From contig JAHIYH010000041.1 of the NCBI GenBank assembly GCA_018814875.1, positions 13,958 to 77,957 of the forward strand: DNA of 64,000 bases, given 5' to 3'. Source of the stretch: Patescibacteria group bacterium. GTDB taxonomy: Bacteria > Patescibacteriota > Gracilibacteria > Peribacterales > Peribacteraceae. The position numbers were made by a program, and so were the translations under genes. The notes under the pieces were generated by a model. That model ran no database searches, was not told where the DNA came from, and was given only the letters and a program-made list of their open reading frames with translations. Shown in pieces: positions 63,883 through 64,000 of the stretch (within the stretch, counting starts at the first letter, position 1; each line of letters begins with the position of its first letter).

Positions 63883-64000
63883 ATGCAAAAGCTCATACTC
63901 GCCTCAGCCAGCCCCCAACGAAGCAAACTTCTAGAAAGCCTTGGTCTTCCTTTTGATGCTATACCAAGTGAGGTAGATGAAGCGTTGTGTCAGGAAGAAG
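63883..64000 (+). CDS. maf: Maf-like nucleoside triphosphate pyrophosphatase (5' partial; runs off the window)
   Basis: MQKLILASASPQRSKLLESLGLPFDAIPSEVDE is the typical Maf N-terminus. Confidence 0.85.
   Translation, partial: MQKLILASASPQRSKLLESLGLPFDAIPSEVDEALCQEE

Noticed and set aside
1-64000. An alternative genetic code with UGA recoded, as in some candidate phyla.
   Set aside because: Long housekeeping ORFs are intact under the standard code. TGA terminates confident genes at their expected lengths (rsmI at 38616-38618 and the 5-formyl-THF cyclo-ligase at 51731-51733).

Overview
The window looks like a chromosomal segment of a compact, moderately AT-rich bacterium. It uses the standard genetic code: TGA ends confident genes such as rsmI and the 5-formyl-THF cyclo-ligase, so no UGA recoding is needed. 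The lineage is not identifiable from sequence alone. The gene content is consistent with a reduced, possibly CPR/Patescibacteria-like genome, but that is inference.

Most of the window is housekeeping:
- Translation: valS, trpS, rplJ-rplL, rpmE, dtd, rsmI, an RluA-family synthase and tRNA-Cys/Ala/Val.
- DNA functions: gyrA, dnaX, ruvA, lexA.
- Stress and regulation: hrcA with a CIRCE operator, a RelA/SpoT homolog and a STAS protein.
- Secretion and folding: secF, tig, and Trx/DsbA/CcdA-like redox proteins.
- Metabolism: pgi, glyA, a 5-formyl-THF cyclo-ligase, dcd, a PfkB kinase and two tandem archaeal-type PurP paralogs.
- Transport: nhaA, an APC permease and an EamA transporter.

The noncoding architecture is the unusual part:
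1. Almost every intergenic region is a long palindrome built from short tandem 'words' of 6-9 nt. Many carry a GC-rich REP-like core, and the same words recur at distant loci and inside several CDSs.
2. Two four-helix-bundle (23S-IVS-protein/Avd-like) genes each sit between inverted word arms.
3. Between the RluA-family gene and trpS lie two tandem promoter-to-terminator units on the minus strand. They share ends and a covarying long-range helix, which makes them candidate novel sRNAs.
4. A ~1.25 kb gene-free region (46.8-48.0 kb) holds a G+C-enriched structured segment with its own promoter-like and terminator signals. It is a candidate large ncRNA with RNase P RNA-like boxes, but it is not proven.
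5. REP-like insertions sit at the 5' ends of valS and tRNA-Cys, each with a duplication of the gene's 5' end.
6. An array of six CTACAAGTAG boxes, the first four at exact 37-bp spacing, lies between a large surface-protein gene and a lipoprotein gene.

All coordinates and motifs were read by eye from the sequence. No searches or folding programs were run.
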